Below are positions 11,446-23,742 of a DNA stretch of 64,000 nt, piece after piece. The first letter of the stretch is position 1. Each line of letters opens with the position of its first letter. The DNA is taken from assembly GCF_006345805.1 (NCBI RefSeq), contig NC_043004.1, positions 21,266,001-21,330,000 on the forward strand. Reading direction: 5' to 3'. The notes beneath the pieces are model-generated. The model did no database searches and had not been told where the DNA came from. It saw only the letters and a program-made list of their open reading frames with translations. The stretch is from Octopus sinensis. Its lineage: Eukaryota. Made by a program: the position numbers and the translations under genes.

Positions 11446-14400
11446 CAGAGATCAAAGAGGGGTGCCGACAGAGATCAAAGAAGGTGTCGACAGAGATCGA
11501 AGGGGTGCCGACAGAGATCAAAGAAGGTGTCGACAGAGATCAAAGGGGGTGCCGACAGAGATCAAAGAGGGGTGCCGACAGATTGAAAGAGAGGTGCCGA
11601 CAGAGATCAAAGGGGATGCACAGAGATCAAAGGGGTGCTGACAGAGATCAAAGGGGGTGCCGACAGAGATCAAAGAGGGTGCCGAAAGAGATCAAAGAGG
11701 GGTATCGACAGAGATAAAAGAGGGTGTCGACAGAGATCAAAGAGGGGTACCGACAGAGATCAATGGGGGTGCCGACAGAAATCAAAGAGGGGTGTCGACA
11801 GAGATCAAAGAGGGGTGTCGACAGAGATCAAAGGGGGTGCCGACAGAGATCAAAGAGGGGTGCCGACAGAGATCAAAGAGGGATGCCGACAGAGATCAAA
11901 GAGGGGTGCCGACAAAGATCAAAGGGGGTGCCGACAGAGATCAAAGAGGGGTGCCGACAGAGATCAAAGAGAGGTGCCGACAGAGATCAAAGAGGGGTGC
12001 CGACAGAGATCAAAGACAGGTGTTGACAAAGATCAAAGGTTCCGACAGAGATCAAAGAGTGTGTCGACAGAGATCAAAGAGGGGTGCCGACAGAATCAAA
12101 GAGGGGTACCGACAGAGATCAAAGAGGGGTTGCCGACAGAGACCAAAGAGGGGTGCCGACAGAGATCAAAGAGGGGTGCCGACAGAGATCAAAGAGAGGT
12201 GCCGACAGAGATCAAAGGGGATGCACAGAGATCAGGGGGCTGACAGAGATCAAGGGGGTGCCGACAGAGATCAAAGAGAGGTGCCAAAGAGATCAAAGAG
12301 GGGTATCGATAGAGATAAAAGGGTGCCGACAGAGATCAAAGAGGGTGCCGACAGAGATCAAAGAGAGGTGCCGAAAGAGATCAAAGAGGGGTATCGATAG
12401 AGATAAAAGAGGGTGCCGACAGAGATCAAAGAGGGGTGCCGACAGAGATCAAGGGGGTGCCGACAGAGACCAAAGAGAGTGCCGACAGAGATCAAAGAGG
12501 GTGCCGACAGAGATCAAAGACAGGTGCTGACAAGATCAAGGGGCCGACAGAGATCAGGGGATGCACAGAGATCAAAGGGGTGCTGACAGAGATCAAAGAG
12601 GGGTGCCGACAGAGACCAAAGAGGGGTGCCGACAGAGATCAAAGAGGGGTGCCGACAGAGATCAAAGAGAGGTGCCGACAGAGATCAAAGGGGATGCACA
12701 GAGATCAAAGGGTGCTGAGAGAGATCAAAGGGGTGCCGACAGAGATCAAAGAGAGGTGCCGAAAGAGATCAAAGAGGGGTATCGACAGAGATCAAAGATG
12801 GTGTCGACAGAGATCAAAGAGGGTGCCGACAGAGATCAAAGAGGGTGCCGACAGAGATCAAAGAGGGGTGCCGACAGAGATCAAAGAGGGGTGCCGACAG
12901 AGATCAAAGACAGGTGTTGACAAAGATCAAAGGGGGTGCCGACAGAGATCAAAGAGGTGTGTCGACAGAGATCAAAGAGGGGTGCCGACAGAGATCAAAG
13001 AGGGGTACCGACAGAGATCAAAGAGGGGTGCCGACAGAGACCAAAGAGGGGTGCCGACAGAGATCAAAGAGGGGTGCCGACAGAGATCAAAGAGAGGTGC
13101 CGACAGAGATCAAAGGGGATGCACAGAGATCAAAGGGGTGCTGACAGAGATCAAAGGGGGTGCCGACAGAGATCAAAGAGAGGTGCCGAAAGAGATCAAA
13201 GAGGGGTATCGATAGAGATAAAAGAGGGTGCCGACAGAGATCAAAGAGGGGTGCCGACAGAGATCAAAGAGAGGTGCCGAAAGAGATCAAAGAGGGGTAT
13301 CGATAGAGATAAAAGAGGGTGCCGACAGAGATCAAAGAGGGGTGCCGACAGAGATCAAAGGGGGTGCCGACAGAGACCAAAGAGAGTGCCGACAGAGATC
13401 AAAGAGGGGTGCCGACAGAGATCAAAGACAGGTGCTGACAAAGATCAAAGGGGTGCCGACAGAGATCAAAGGGGATGCACAGAGATCAAAGGGGTGCTGA
13501 CAGAGATCAAAGAGGGGTGCCGACAGAGACCAAAGAGGGGTGCCGACAGAGATCAAAGAGGGGTGCCGACAGAGATCAAAGAGAGGTGCCGACAGAGATC
13601 AAAGGGGATGCACAGAGATCAAAGGGGTGCTGAGAGAGATCAAAGGGGGTGCCGACAGAGATCAAAGAGAGGTGCCGAAAGAGATCAAAGAGGGGTATCG
13701 ACAGAGATCAAAGATGGGTGTCGACAGAGATCAAAGAGGGGTGCCGACAGAGATCAAAGAGGGGTGCCGACAGAGATCAAAGAGAGGTGCCGACAGAGAT
13801 CAAAGGGGATGCACAGAGATCAAAGGGGTGCTGACAGAGATCAAAGGGGGTGCCGACAGAGATCAAAGAGAGGTGCCGAAAGAGATCAAAGAGGGGTTCG
13901 ATAGAGATAAAAAAGGGTGCCGACAGAGATCAAAGAGGGGTGCCGACAGAGATCAAAGAGAGGTGCCGAAAGATCAAAGAGGGGTATCGATAGAGATAAA
14001 AGAGGGGTGCCGACAGAGATCAAAGAGGGGTGCCGACAGAGATCAAAGGGGGTGCCGACAGAGACCAAAGAGAGTGCCGACGAGATCAAAGAGGGGTGCC
14101 GACAGAGATCAAAGACAGGTGGTGCTGACAAAGATCAAAGGGGTGCCGACAGAGATCAAAGGGGATGCACAGAGATCAAAGGGTGCTGACAGAGATCAAA
14201 GAGGGGTGCCGACAGAGACCAAAGAGGGTGCCGACAGAGATCAAAGAGGGGTGCCGACAGAGATCAAAGAGAGGTGCCGACAGAGATCAAAGGGGATGCA
14301 CAGAGATCAAAGGGTGCTGAGAGATCAAAGGGGGTGCCGACAGAGATCAAAGAGAGGTGCCGAAAGAGATCAAAGAGGGGTATCGACAGAGATCAAAGAT

Positions 14401-17400
14401 GGGTGTCGACAGAGATCAAAGAGGGGTGCCGACAGAGATCAAAGAGGGTGCCGACAGAGATCAAAGAGGGGTGCCGACAGAGATCAAAGAGGGGTGCCGA
14501 CAGAGATCAAAGAGGGATGCACAAAGGGAGTGCCGACAGAGATCAAAGGGGTTGCCGACAGAGATCAAAGAGGGGTGCCGAAAGAGATCAAAGAGGGGTG
14601 CCGGTAGAGATCAAAGAAGGGTGCCGACAAGGATCAAAGAGGGTGCCGACAGTGATCAATGGGGTGCCGACAGAGATGAAAGGGGGTGCCAACAGAGATC
14701 AAAGAGGGGTGCCGACAGAGATCAAAGGGGGTGCCGACAGAGATCAAAGAGGGGTCCCGACAGAGATCAAAGTGTTTGCCGACAGATACCAAAGAGGGGT
14801 GCCGACAGAGATCAAAGGGGGTGCCGACAGAGATCAAAGAGGGGTGCCGACAGAGATCAAAGAGGGGTGCCGACAGAGATCAAAGGGGGTGCCGACAGAG
14901 ATCAAAGAGGGGTGCCGACAGAGATCAAAGAGGGTGCCGAAAGAGATCAAAGAGGGGTATCGACAGAGATAAAAGAGGGTGCCGACAGAGATCAAAGAGG
15001 GGTGCCGACAGATTCAAAGAGAGGTGCCGACAGAGATCAAAGGGGATGCACAGAGATCAAAGGGGTGCTGACAGAGATCAAAGGGGGTGCCGACAGAGAT
15101 CAAAGAGGGGTGCCGACAGAGATCAAAGAGGGTGCCGAAAGAGATCAAAGAGGGGTATCGACAGAGATAAAAGAGGGTGCCGACAGAGATCAAAGAGGGG
15201 TGCCGACAGAGATCAAAGAGGGTGCCGAAAGAGATCAAAGAGGGGTATCGACAGAGATAAAAGAGGGTGCCGACAGAGATCAAAGAAGGGTACCGACAGA
15301 GATCAATGGGGGTGCCGACAGAAATCAAAGAGAGGTGCCGAGAGAGATCAAAGGGGATGCACAGAGATCAAAGGGGTGCTGACAGAGATCAAAGGGGGTG
15401 CCGACAGAGATCAAAGAGGGGTGCCGACAGAGATCAAAGAGGGTGCCGAAGAGATCAAAGAGGGGTACGACAGAGATCAAAGGGGTTGCCGACAGAGATC
15501 AAAGAGGGGTACCGACAGAGATCAATGGGGGTGCCGACAGAAATCAAAGAGAGGTGCCGAGAGAGATCAAATGGGGTGCCGACAGAGATCAAAAGGGTGC
15601 CGACAGAAATCAGAGGGGGTGCCAACAGAGATCAAAGAGGGGTGCGACAGAGATCAAAGAGGGGTGGCCGACAGAGATCAAAGAGGGGTGTCGACAGAGA
15701 TCAAAGAGGGGTGCCGACAGAGATCAATCAAGGGGGTGCCGACAGAGATCAAAGAGAGGGGTGCCGACAGAGGTTTAAAAGGGTGCCGACAGAGATCAAA
15801 GTGGGCGCCGACAGAGATCAAAGGGGGTGCCGACAGAGATCAAAGAGGGGTGCCGACAGAGATCAAAGAGGGGTGCCGACAGATCAAAGAGAGGTGCCGA
15901 CAGAGATCAAAGGGGATGCACAGAGATCAAAGGGGTGCTGACAGAGATCAAAGAGGGTGCCGACAGAGATCAAAGAGGGGTGCCGACAGAGATCAAGGGG
16001 GTGCCGACAGAGATCAAAGAGGGGTGCCGACAGAGGTTAAAAGGGTGCCGACAGAGATCAAAGTGGGCGCCGACAGAGATCAAAGGGGGTGCCGACAGAG
16101 ATCAAAGAGGGGTACCGACAGAGATCAAAGAGGGGTGCCGACAGAGATCAAAGAGGGGTGCCGACAGAGATCAAAGGGGTGCACAGAGATCAAAGGGGTG
16201 CCGACAGAGATCAAAGGGGTTGCCGACAGAGATCAAAGAGGGGTGCCGACAGAGATCAAAGACGGGTGCTGACAAAGATCAAAGGGGGTGCCGACAGAGA
16301 TCAAAGAGGGGTGTCGACAGAGATCAAAGAGCTGCCGAAAGAGATCAAAGAGGGGTATCGACAGAGATAAAAGAGGTGTGCCGACAGAGATCAAAGAGGG
16401 GTACCGACAGAGATCAAGGGGGTGCCGACAGAAATCAAAGAGAGGTGCCGAGAGAGATCAAATGGGGTGCCGACAGAGATCAAAAAGGGTGCCGACAGAA
16501 ATCAGAGGGGGTGCCAACAGAGATCAAAGAGGGGTGTCGACAGAGATCAAAGAGGGGTGCCGACAGAGATCAAAGAGGGGTGTCGACAGAGATCAAAGAG
16601 GGGTGCCGACAGAGATCAAAGGGGGTGCCGACAGAGATCAAAGAGGGGTGCCGACAGAGGTTTAAAAGGGTGCCGACAGAGATCAAAGTGGGCGCCGACA
16701 GAGATCAAAGGGGGTGCCGACAGAGATCAAAGAGGGGTGCCGACAGAGATCAAAGAGGGGTGCCGACAGATTCAAAGAGAGGTGCCGACAGAGATCAAAG
16801 GGGATGCACAGAGATCAAAGGGGTGCTGACAGAGATCAAAGAGGGTGCCGACAGAGATCAAAGAGGGGTGCCGACAGAGATCAAAGGGGGTGCCGACAGA
16901 GATCAAAGAGGGGTGCCGACAGAGGTTTAAAAGGGTGCCGACAGAGATCAAAGTGGGCGCCGACAGAGATCAAAGGGGGTGCCGACAGAGATCAAAGAGG
17001 GGGGTACCGACAGAGATCAAAGAGGGGTGCCGACAGAGATCAAAGAGGGGTGCCGACAGAGATCAAAGAGGGATGCACAAAGGGAGTGCCGACAGAGATC
17101 AAAGGGGTTGCCGACAGAGATCAAAGAGGGGTGCCGACAGAGATCAAAGACGGGTGCTGACAAAGATCAAAGGGGGTGCCGACAGAGATCAAAGAGGGGT
17201 GTCGACAGAGATCAAAGAGGCTGCCGAAAGAGATCAAAGAGGGGTATCGACAGAGATAAAAGAGGGTGCCGACAGAGATCAAAGGGGATGCACAGAGATC
17301 AAAGGGGTGCTGACAGAGATCAAAGGGGGTGCCGACAGAGATCAAAGAGGGGTGCCGACAGATTCAAAGAGAGGTGCCGACAGAGATCAAAGGGGATGCA

Positions 17401-18934
17401 CAGAGATCAAAGGGGTGCTGACAGAGATCAAAGAGGGTGCCGACAGAGATCAAAGAGGGGTGCCGACAGAGATCAAAGGGGGTGCCGACAGAGATCAAAG
17501 AGGGTGCCGACAGAGGTTTAAAAGGGTGCCGACAGAGATCAAAGTGGGCGCCGACAGAGATCAAAGGGGGGTGCCGACAGAGATCAAAGAGGGGTACCGA
17601 CAGAGATCAAAGAGGGGTGCCGACAGAGATCAAAGAGGGGTGCCGACAGAGATCAAAGAGGGATGCACAAAGGGAGTGCCGACAGAGATCAAAGGGGTTG
17701 CCGACAGAGATCAAAGAGGGGTGCCGACAGAGATCAAAGACGGTGCTGACAAGATCAAAGGGGGTGCCGACAGAGATCAAAGAGGGGTGTCGACAGAGAT
17801 CAAAGAGGCTGCCGAAAGAGATCAAAGAGGGGTATCGACAGAGATAAAAGAGGGTGCCGACAGAGATCAAAGGGGATGCACAGAGATCAAAGGGGTGCTG
17901 ACAGAGATCAAAGGGGGTGCCGACAGAGATCAAAGAGGGGTGCCGACAGAGATCAAAGGGGGTGCCGACAGAGATCAAAGAGGGGTACCGACAGAGATCA
18001 AAGAGGGGTGCCGACAGAGATCAAAGAGGGGTGCCGACAGAGATCAAAGAGGGGTGCCGACAGAGATCAAAGGGGGTGCCGACAGAGATCAAAAACGGGT
18101 GCCGACAGAGATCAAAGGAGGTGTACATAGATCAAAGGGGTGCCGACAGAGATCAAAAGGGGTGCCGACAGAGATCAAAGAGGGGTGCCGAGAGATATCA
18201 AAGAGGAGTGCCGATAGAGATCAAAGAAGGGTGCCGACAAGGATCAAAGAGGGTGCCGACAGAGATCAATGAGGTCCCGACAGAGATGAAAGGGGGTGCC
18301 AACAGAGATCAAAGAGGGGTGCCGACAGAGATCAAAGGGGGTGCCGACAGAGATCAAAGAGGGGTCCCGACAGAGATCAAAGGGTTTGCCGACAGATACC
18401 AAAGAGGGGTGCCGACAGAGATCAAAGGGGGTGCCGACAGAGATCAAAGAGGGGTGCCGACAGAGATCAAAGACGGGTGCCGACAGAGATCAAAGGAGGT
18501 GTACAGAGATCAAAGGGGTGCCGACAGAGATCAAAGGGGGTGTCGACAGAGATCAAAGGGGGTGCCGAAAGAGATCAAAGAGGAGTGCCGATAGAGATCA
18601 AAGAAGGGTGCCGACAAGGATCAAAGAGGGTGCCGACAGAGATCAATGGGGTGCCGACAGAGATCAAAGGGAGGTGCCGACAGAGATCAAAGAGGGGTGC
18701 AGACAGAGATCAAAGAGGGATGCCGACAGAGATCAAAGGAGGTACCGACAGAGATCAAAGGGGATGCCGACATAGATCAAAGAGGGTGCCGACAGAGATC
18801 AAAGAGGGGTGCCGACAGATATCAAAGGGGGTGCCGACAGAGATCAAAGAGGGGTGTCGACAGATATCAAAGGGGGTGTCGACAGAGATCAAAGAGTGTG
18901 CCGAAAAAGATCAAAGAGGGTGCCGAAAGAGATC
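11446..18934 (+). repeat. Satellite array, consensus monomer GACAGAGATCAAAGAGGGGTGCC (23 bp, variants ~20-24 bp), roughly 330 copies
   Basis: Continuous head-to-tail repeats with no unique spacers. Copy number estimated as length divided by unit length. Diagnostic variants recur at ~0.6-0.9 kb spacing. Confidence 0.99.
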
Positions 18935-18975
18935 TTCCCTTACAAACCTGAGCAACGCCGGGCGATACTGCTAGT

Positions 18976-19019
18976 ACATATATATATATAGTCATATATA
19001 TTTATATATATTCATATAA

Positions 19020-19065
<46 letters not shown>

Positions 19066-19357
19066 GTCATATATATATATAGTCATATTTATATATATAT
19101 ATAGTTTTAAAAAGTTTTTTTTGGCTGCTATTTCTAATGAGTTCAGTATGCGGCAAAGTAATTTATTTTACTTAGCCCTTTTATATAATGTAATAATTTG
19201 AATTCGCCTTAAATGGTCCCTTTGCATACTGAATACTTGGTGAAATTGATTAATTAATTAATTTTACCCTCAATTGTTGAAATATATATATATATATATT
19301 CAGATATATATATATATATAGACATATATATACATATATATATACATATATATATAC

Positions 19358-19403
<46 letters not shown>

Positions 19404-19430
19404 GTATATATATATATATGTATATATATA
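18976..19430. repeat. (AT)n-rich microsatellite tracts (18976-19105, 19285-19430)
   Basis: Direct reading. Confidence 0.95.
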
Positions 19431-19614
19431 TGAAATGAAAATTTGATATATATTTGAGAAGTATCATTTTATTACTTTCTTCTGTCAAATTCTTCGATAG
19501 TACTTTCATATAAAAAAGTAACAAACCAGTATTGGTGTTGATGTGATCATTTAACTCCTTTCTATAAAATCTGTTGACCTTATGCGTAAATTAATAACAG
19601 TTATTGATAATATT

Positions 19615-19882
19615 AAGGCAGTAAGCTGACAGAATCTTTAGCATGACAGAAGAAATGCTTAGCAGCATTTCGTTTTGTTTTCATCCAATCAAATTCTACC
19701 AAGGTTGACTTTGCCTTTCATCCTTTCAGGGTCAATAAATAAGTATCAGTTGAGTATCGATGAAATCAACCTCTCCACCACCACCACCACCACCACCACC
19801 ACTACCACCCCTGAAATTGATGGCCTTGTGCTAAAATTTGACAGAATTGTTAGCATGCTGACCAAAATACTTAGCAGCATTA
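19615..19882 (+). mobile_element. SINE B with internal (CAC)n, followed by a second SINE B head fragment
   Basis: Head and core match family B; gacagaattgttagcatgctg recurs at ~19840. Confidence 0.8.
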
Positions 19883-19978
19883 TGAACAAAAAAAATTATA
19901 TTCAGATAATTTCTCATTTGTACTATGCGAAATAGAGCACCACTCTTTGGTTTTGCAAGCAAAGATGAAAAAATAATT

Positions 19979-20002
19979 CTTGGTGGTCACGTGACCACCA
20001 AG
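19979..20002. other. Perfect 24-bp palindrome CTTGGTGGTCACGTGACCACCAAG
   Basis: 12-bp arms with no loop; centre GTCACGTGAC contains the E-box CACGTG. Confidence 0.95.
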
Positions 20003-20606
20003 GTGGTATGATTTTGGTGCACTTTTACAGTGTGGAAGAAGTATAAAGACTACTATTGCCCATGTGGTGAGTGAGTTCGTGTGGGAAGCCAATGTAAATG
20101 GGTAGCGACGTGTGATGTGCTGGGAAGCTGATGTGGACAGTACTATGTAGTAGTCAATGCCATGCAGTCGATGTGCGACAGTTGATGTGAGCGATGGTGT
20201 GGGCAATTTCGTATGGAACAGTTGACACAGTATTTAGTGTAGAGTGTGAAGTTAGTTTGGTGGTTAATGTAAATGGTGGAAGGTTTTGAACTGATTTCGA
20301 ATATAGTGAGAACTTGGCAACATAAAGAAAGCAGAATGGTACCATGAATTCAAAAATAACAAGAGTCCAGTCAACAAATAAAAAGATAGAAAATAAATTC
20401 ATTAGACTGGTGAATAAAAGAAGAGCTCACCAAAAGAAGTCTACACATTTCAGAGATAAATTTTGTTATTTTCAACTCTCCGACTTCTTTGACTACTGCT
20501 TGTTCTGCTCTAAACAAGTTGATTTGCTGAGCTTGCCTACACAGTCTTCTGACCTTTCAGACACAAACTGTTGGAGCCTGTAGGTATCAGGAGGCCACAT
20601 GTGGCA

Positions 20607-20649
<43 letters not shown>

Positions 20650-20744
20650 GTTATTATTATTATTATTATTATTATTGTTATTATTATTGTTATTATTATT
20701 ATTATTATTTTATTATTATTATTATTATTATTATTTTTTTTTTT

Positions 20745-21715
20745 CCTCTTTCAAATTTTCTTCCATTTCTTGCCGAGTGTCTTCCCGACTCCTAGGGCAA
20801 AGAAACTCATAGTGTATATTGGTAGGCCATTAAACCAAACTCAGAAGTTCGTTCATTTTAAAAAAAAATTTTTTTTTTAAAGTTAGATTAAAATACATGA
20901 GCAGCAATAGTTCTCACATCGACAATGCTCTTCTCAATACGTGTGATGTACCAGTTAAGACAATCTTTTGCACTTCTTGCAGGGATGGTAAGCCAGGGAT
21001 CATTCTCATATAATTTTCGGTTCCCTTCTTGATCATTCCTAGTGCTCCTACGATCACTGGTATTGTAACCGCCTTGAGATGCCACATTTTCTCAATTTCA
21101 ATGAGTAGGTCTTTATATTTTCTGAGCTTGTCAAACTCTTTCGCTGAGATATTATGATCACAGGGGATGCTCATGTCGATCAATAAGCAAACTTTATTGT
21201 TTTGGTCTTTCACAACAATATCTGGTTTATTGGCCTTGATGGTTCGGTCTGTATGTACTGGAAAGTCCCACAGAATGGTTACATTTTCTCCTTCAGTTAC
21301 AGCCTCAGGGTGGTGATTATACCACTTGTCGGCAGTTTTGATATTGTAATGCCGACTTATTAGCCAGTGGAGATATTGGCCAACTCTGTCATGTCTTAAT
21401 TTATACTCCACTGGTGCTAAGACTTTACATCCAGAGATTAGGTGGTCCACTGTTTCAATCATGTCGTTGCAGAATCGGCATTTTGGGTCTGCTCCATTTT
21501 TCATCACATTGGCCTGGTAGTTCCGGGTTAATAGGCTTTGGTCTTGAGCAGCCAGGATGAAACCTTCGCTCTCTGCTTTTAGCCCTGAGCTCCGCAGCCA
21601 CTGATGGGTTTGCTTCTGGTCAACATCAGCTTGTTTGCTGCGGGTCACATATTTGCCGTGCAGAGGTTTCTCCTCCCACCTATCAGCCAATTGCTCGTGC
21701 GCTTTTTCATTGCCA
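20745..21715 (-). mobile_element. Young 5'-truncated R4/Dong-like LINE 3' end (uninterrupted Zn-knuckle + RLE reading frame and 3' UTR)
   Basis: ORF track 20914-21819: ESEGFILAAQDQSL, CRFC..ETVDHLISGC, WDFPVHTDRTIKANKPDI, LLIDMSIP, KLRKYKDL, PVIVGALG, GTSHVLRRAL*. The 3' UTR ends in A-run/(TAA)n; the same triplet repeat lies on both flanks. Confidence 0.95.
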
Positions 21716-21765
21716 TCATTATTATTATCATTATTATTATTATTATTATCATTATTATTATTATC

Positions 21766-21990
21766 ATGGCGGCGAGCTGGCAGAATTGTTAGCATGCTGG
21801 GCAAAATACTTAGCAGCATTGTGTCTGTCTTTGAACAGCTTAGCAGGATTTGAATTCAAAACAGTTCAAAATCTGCTGTGGTCAACTTTGCCTTTCAGCC
21901 TTTTGGTGTTGACAAATTAAATACCAGTTGAACATTGGGGTTGATGTAATCGACTAAACCTCTACCCCGAAATTGCTGGCCTCCCCCTCC
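21766..21990 (+). mobile_element. SINE B
   Basis: ggcggcgagctggcagaattgttagc head and core match family B. Confidence 0.85.
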
Positions 21991-22059
21991 TCCTCCTCCT
22001 CCTTCTCCTTCCCCTCCTTCTTCTCATTATTGTTGTTGCTGTTATTATTATTATTATTA

Positions 22060-22543
22060 TCATCTCTTTATCGCAGGTTTTGTTGGAGCTCCTGGAATCT
22101 TGCATGCATAGCAGGCTTACTACCTGCAGCCTATGGTACCATGCTATCAGTTCTTTTCAGATATCTAATACTTACCTGATTATTCTAACAGTGCCAAGGA
22201 GGCAAAACTTTTGTAACAGTTCTACTGGACACTCTATTCCAATTTCCTTTATATTCCTCTTGATGCCTTCTGATACTATTCCCAAGGACCCAACAATAAT
22301 TGGCACTATCTTTACCTTCTTCATTTTCAATAGCTGGACTATTTCATACTTAAGAGGGTTGTATTTATCTATATTTTTGTCTTCCTTCTTGATTATTTGT
22401 GGGTCAAAGGGGTATGCAACATCAACTATATAGCATATGGGGTGCACCTTTCCACCACCACTAGGTACAGTCTGTTACAGTCTAGCACCTGAATTGTTTG
22501 GATTGGGAAATCCCAGAGGATTTTCCTGGTCTCAGACTCTGAC
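22060..22543 (-). pseudogene. 3' fragment of a second R4-type LINE family (RLE C-terminus)
   Basis: KILWDFPIQT (ORF 22426-22614); IVDVAYPFD..DKYNPLKYEI..VPIIVGSLG..CLLGTVRIIR (22172-22447); ends at (TAA)n. Confidence 0.85.
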
Positions 22544-22790
22544 ACGTAAACACACCAGCATTGGTTGTCAAGCAATGTTGGGGGGACAAACACAGATACA
22601 CAACATAAATACACACATATATACGTATATACGATGGGCTTCTTTCAGTTTCTGTCTACCAAATCCACTCACAAGCCTTTGGTCGGCCCGAGGTTATAGT
22701 AGAAGACACTTGCCCAAGGTGCCATGCAGTGGGACTGAATCCGGAACCATGTTGTTGGTAAGCAAGCTACTTACCACACAGCCACTCCTG
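22544..22790 (-). mobile_element. SINE A, 5' portion
   Basis: Reverse-complement head and body; lacks the 3' end. Confidence 0.9.
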
Positions 22791-23272
22791 TATCTATCAA
22801 AAATAACCATTAACAAATATGGATATATAAACACTCGTGCACAAGCTGCATGGCATGTGTACACTCAGAGTAGCATCTGCAAAAATGTAAGATATTTCCT
22901 TCATTTTGCTGCTATTCTTTCTACGAAATGAGAAGATATATTGTGGAACAGTTATTTTAATGAGTTGTGTCTATTTATCACCAGATACGACACATCTGCA
23001 TTGCTGGATGCTCCTAAACCAGTTGTTGAGTGTTCCACACATGAGGGATCAATGCTAGATGTGTCAAAACAATTGTTGTGATTATTAATAAATTCTCCTA
23101 CCTTCCATCTTCCGTGTCATTCATTTACCATATACATAACGATCACTGTGAGAAATGACCATGCTTTACCAGTAAGCTACCAGGTGTAAACCATTCTTTT
23201 TACTATATATATATATATATATATATATAGTAATATATAAACTAATGTGAGAAAATAGTATATATATATATA

Positions 23273-23497
23273 TTCTCTTTACTCTCTCTCTCTTTTACTC
23301 TTTTACTTGTTTCAGTCATTTGACTGTGGCCATGCTGGAGCACCACCTTTAGTTGAGAAAATCAACCCCAGGACATATTCTTTGTAAGCCTAGTACTTAT
23401 TCTATCAGTCTCTTTTGCTGAACTGCTAAGTTACGGGGATGTAAACACACCAGCATCAGATGTCAAGCGATGTTAGGGGGACAAACACAGATGCCCA

Positions 23498-23581
<84 letters not shown>

Positions 23582-23742
23582 CGATGGGCTTCTTTCAGTT
23601 TCTGTCTACCAAATCCACTCACAAGGCTTTGGTCGGCCCGAGGCTATAGTAGAAGCCACTTGCCCAAGGTGCCACGCAGTGGGACTGAACCCGGAACCAT
23701 GTGGTTGGTAAGCAAGCTACTTACCACAGCCACTCCTGTGCC

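Larger units (their letters stand above)
10533..18974 (+). mobile_element. Helitron-like element H2, head-to-tail with H1, split by an ~8 kb insert (SINE + unique DNA + satellite)
   Basis: Starts tttatatataaaa directly after the H1 CTAG. 10795-10878 is homologous to H1 10410-10483. The missing terminus reappears at 18935-18975, identical over 41 bp to 10493-10533. Confidence 0.65.

Noticed and set aside
11446-18934. CRISPR-like array
   Set aside because: Monomers are contiguous with no unique spacers, there are no cas genes, and the context is eukaryotic.
11383-18991. Dozens of long overlapping ORFs (up to 528 aa) in the satellite
   Set aside because: All three + frames are open only because the 23-bp monomer has no stop codon. 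Frames switch at indels and there is no gene structure.
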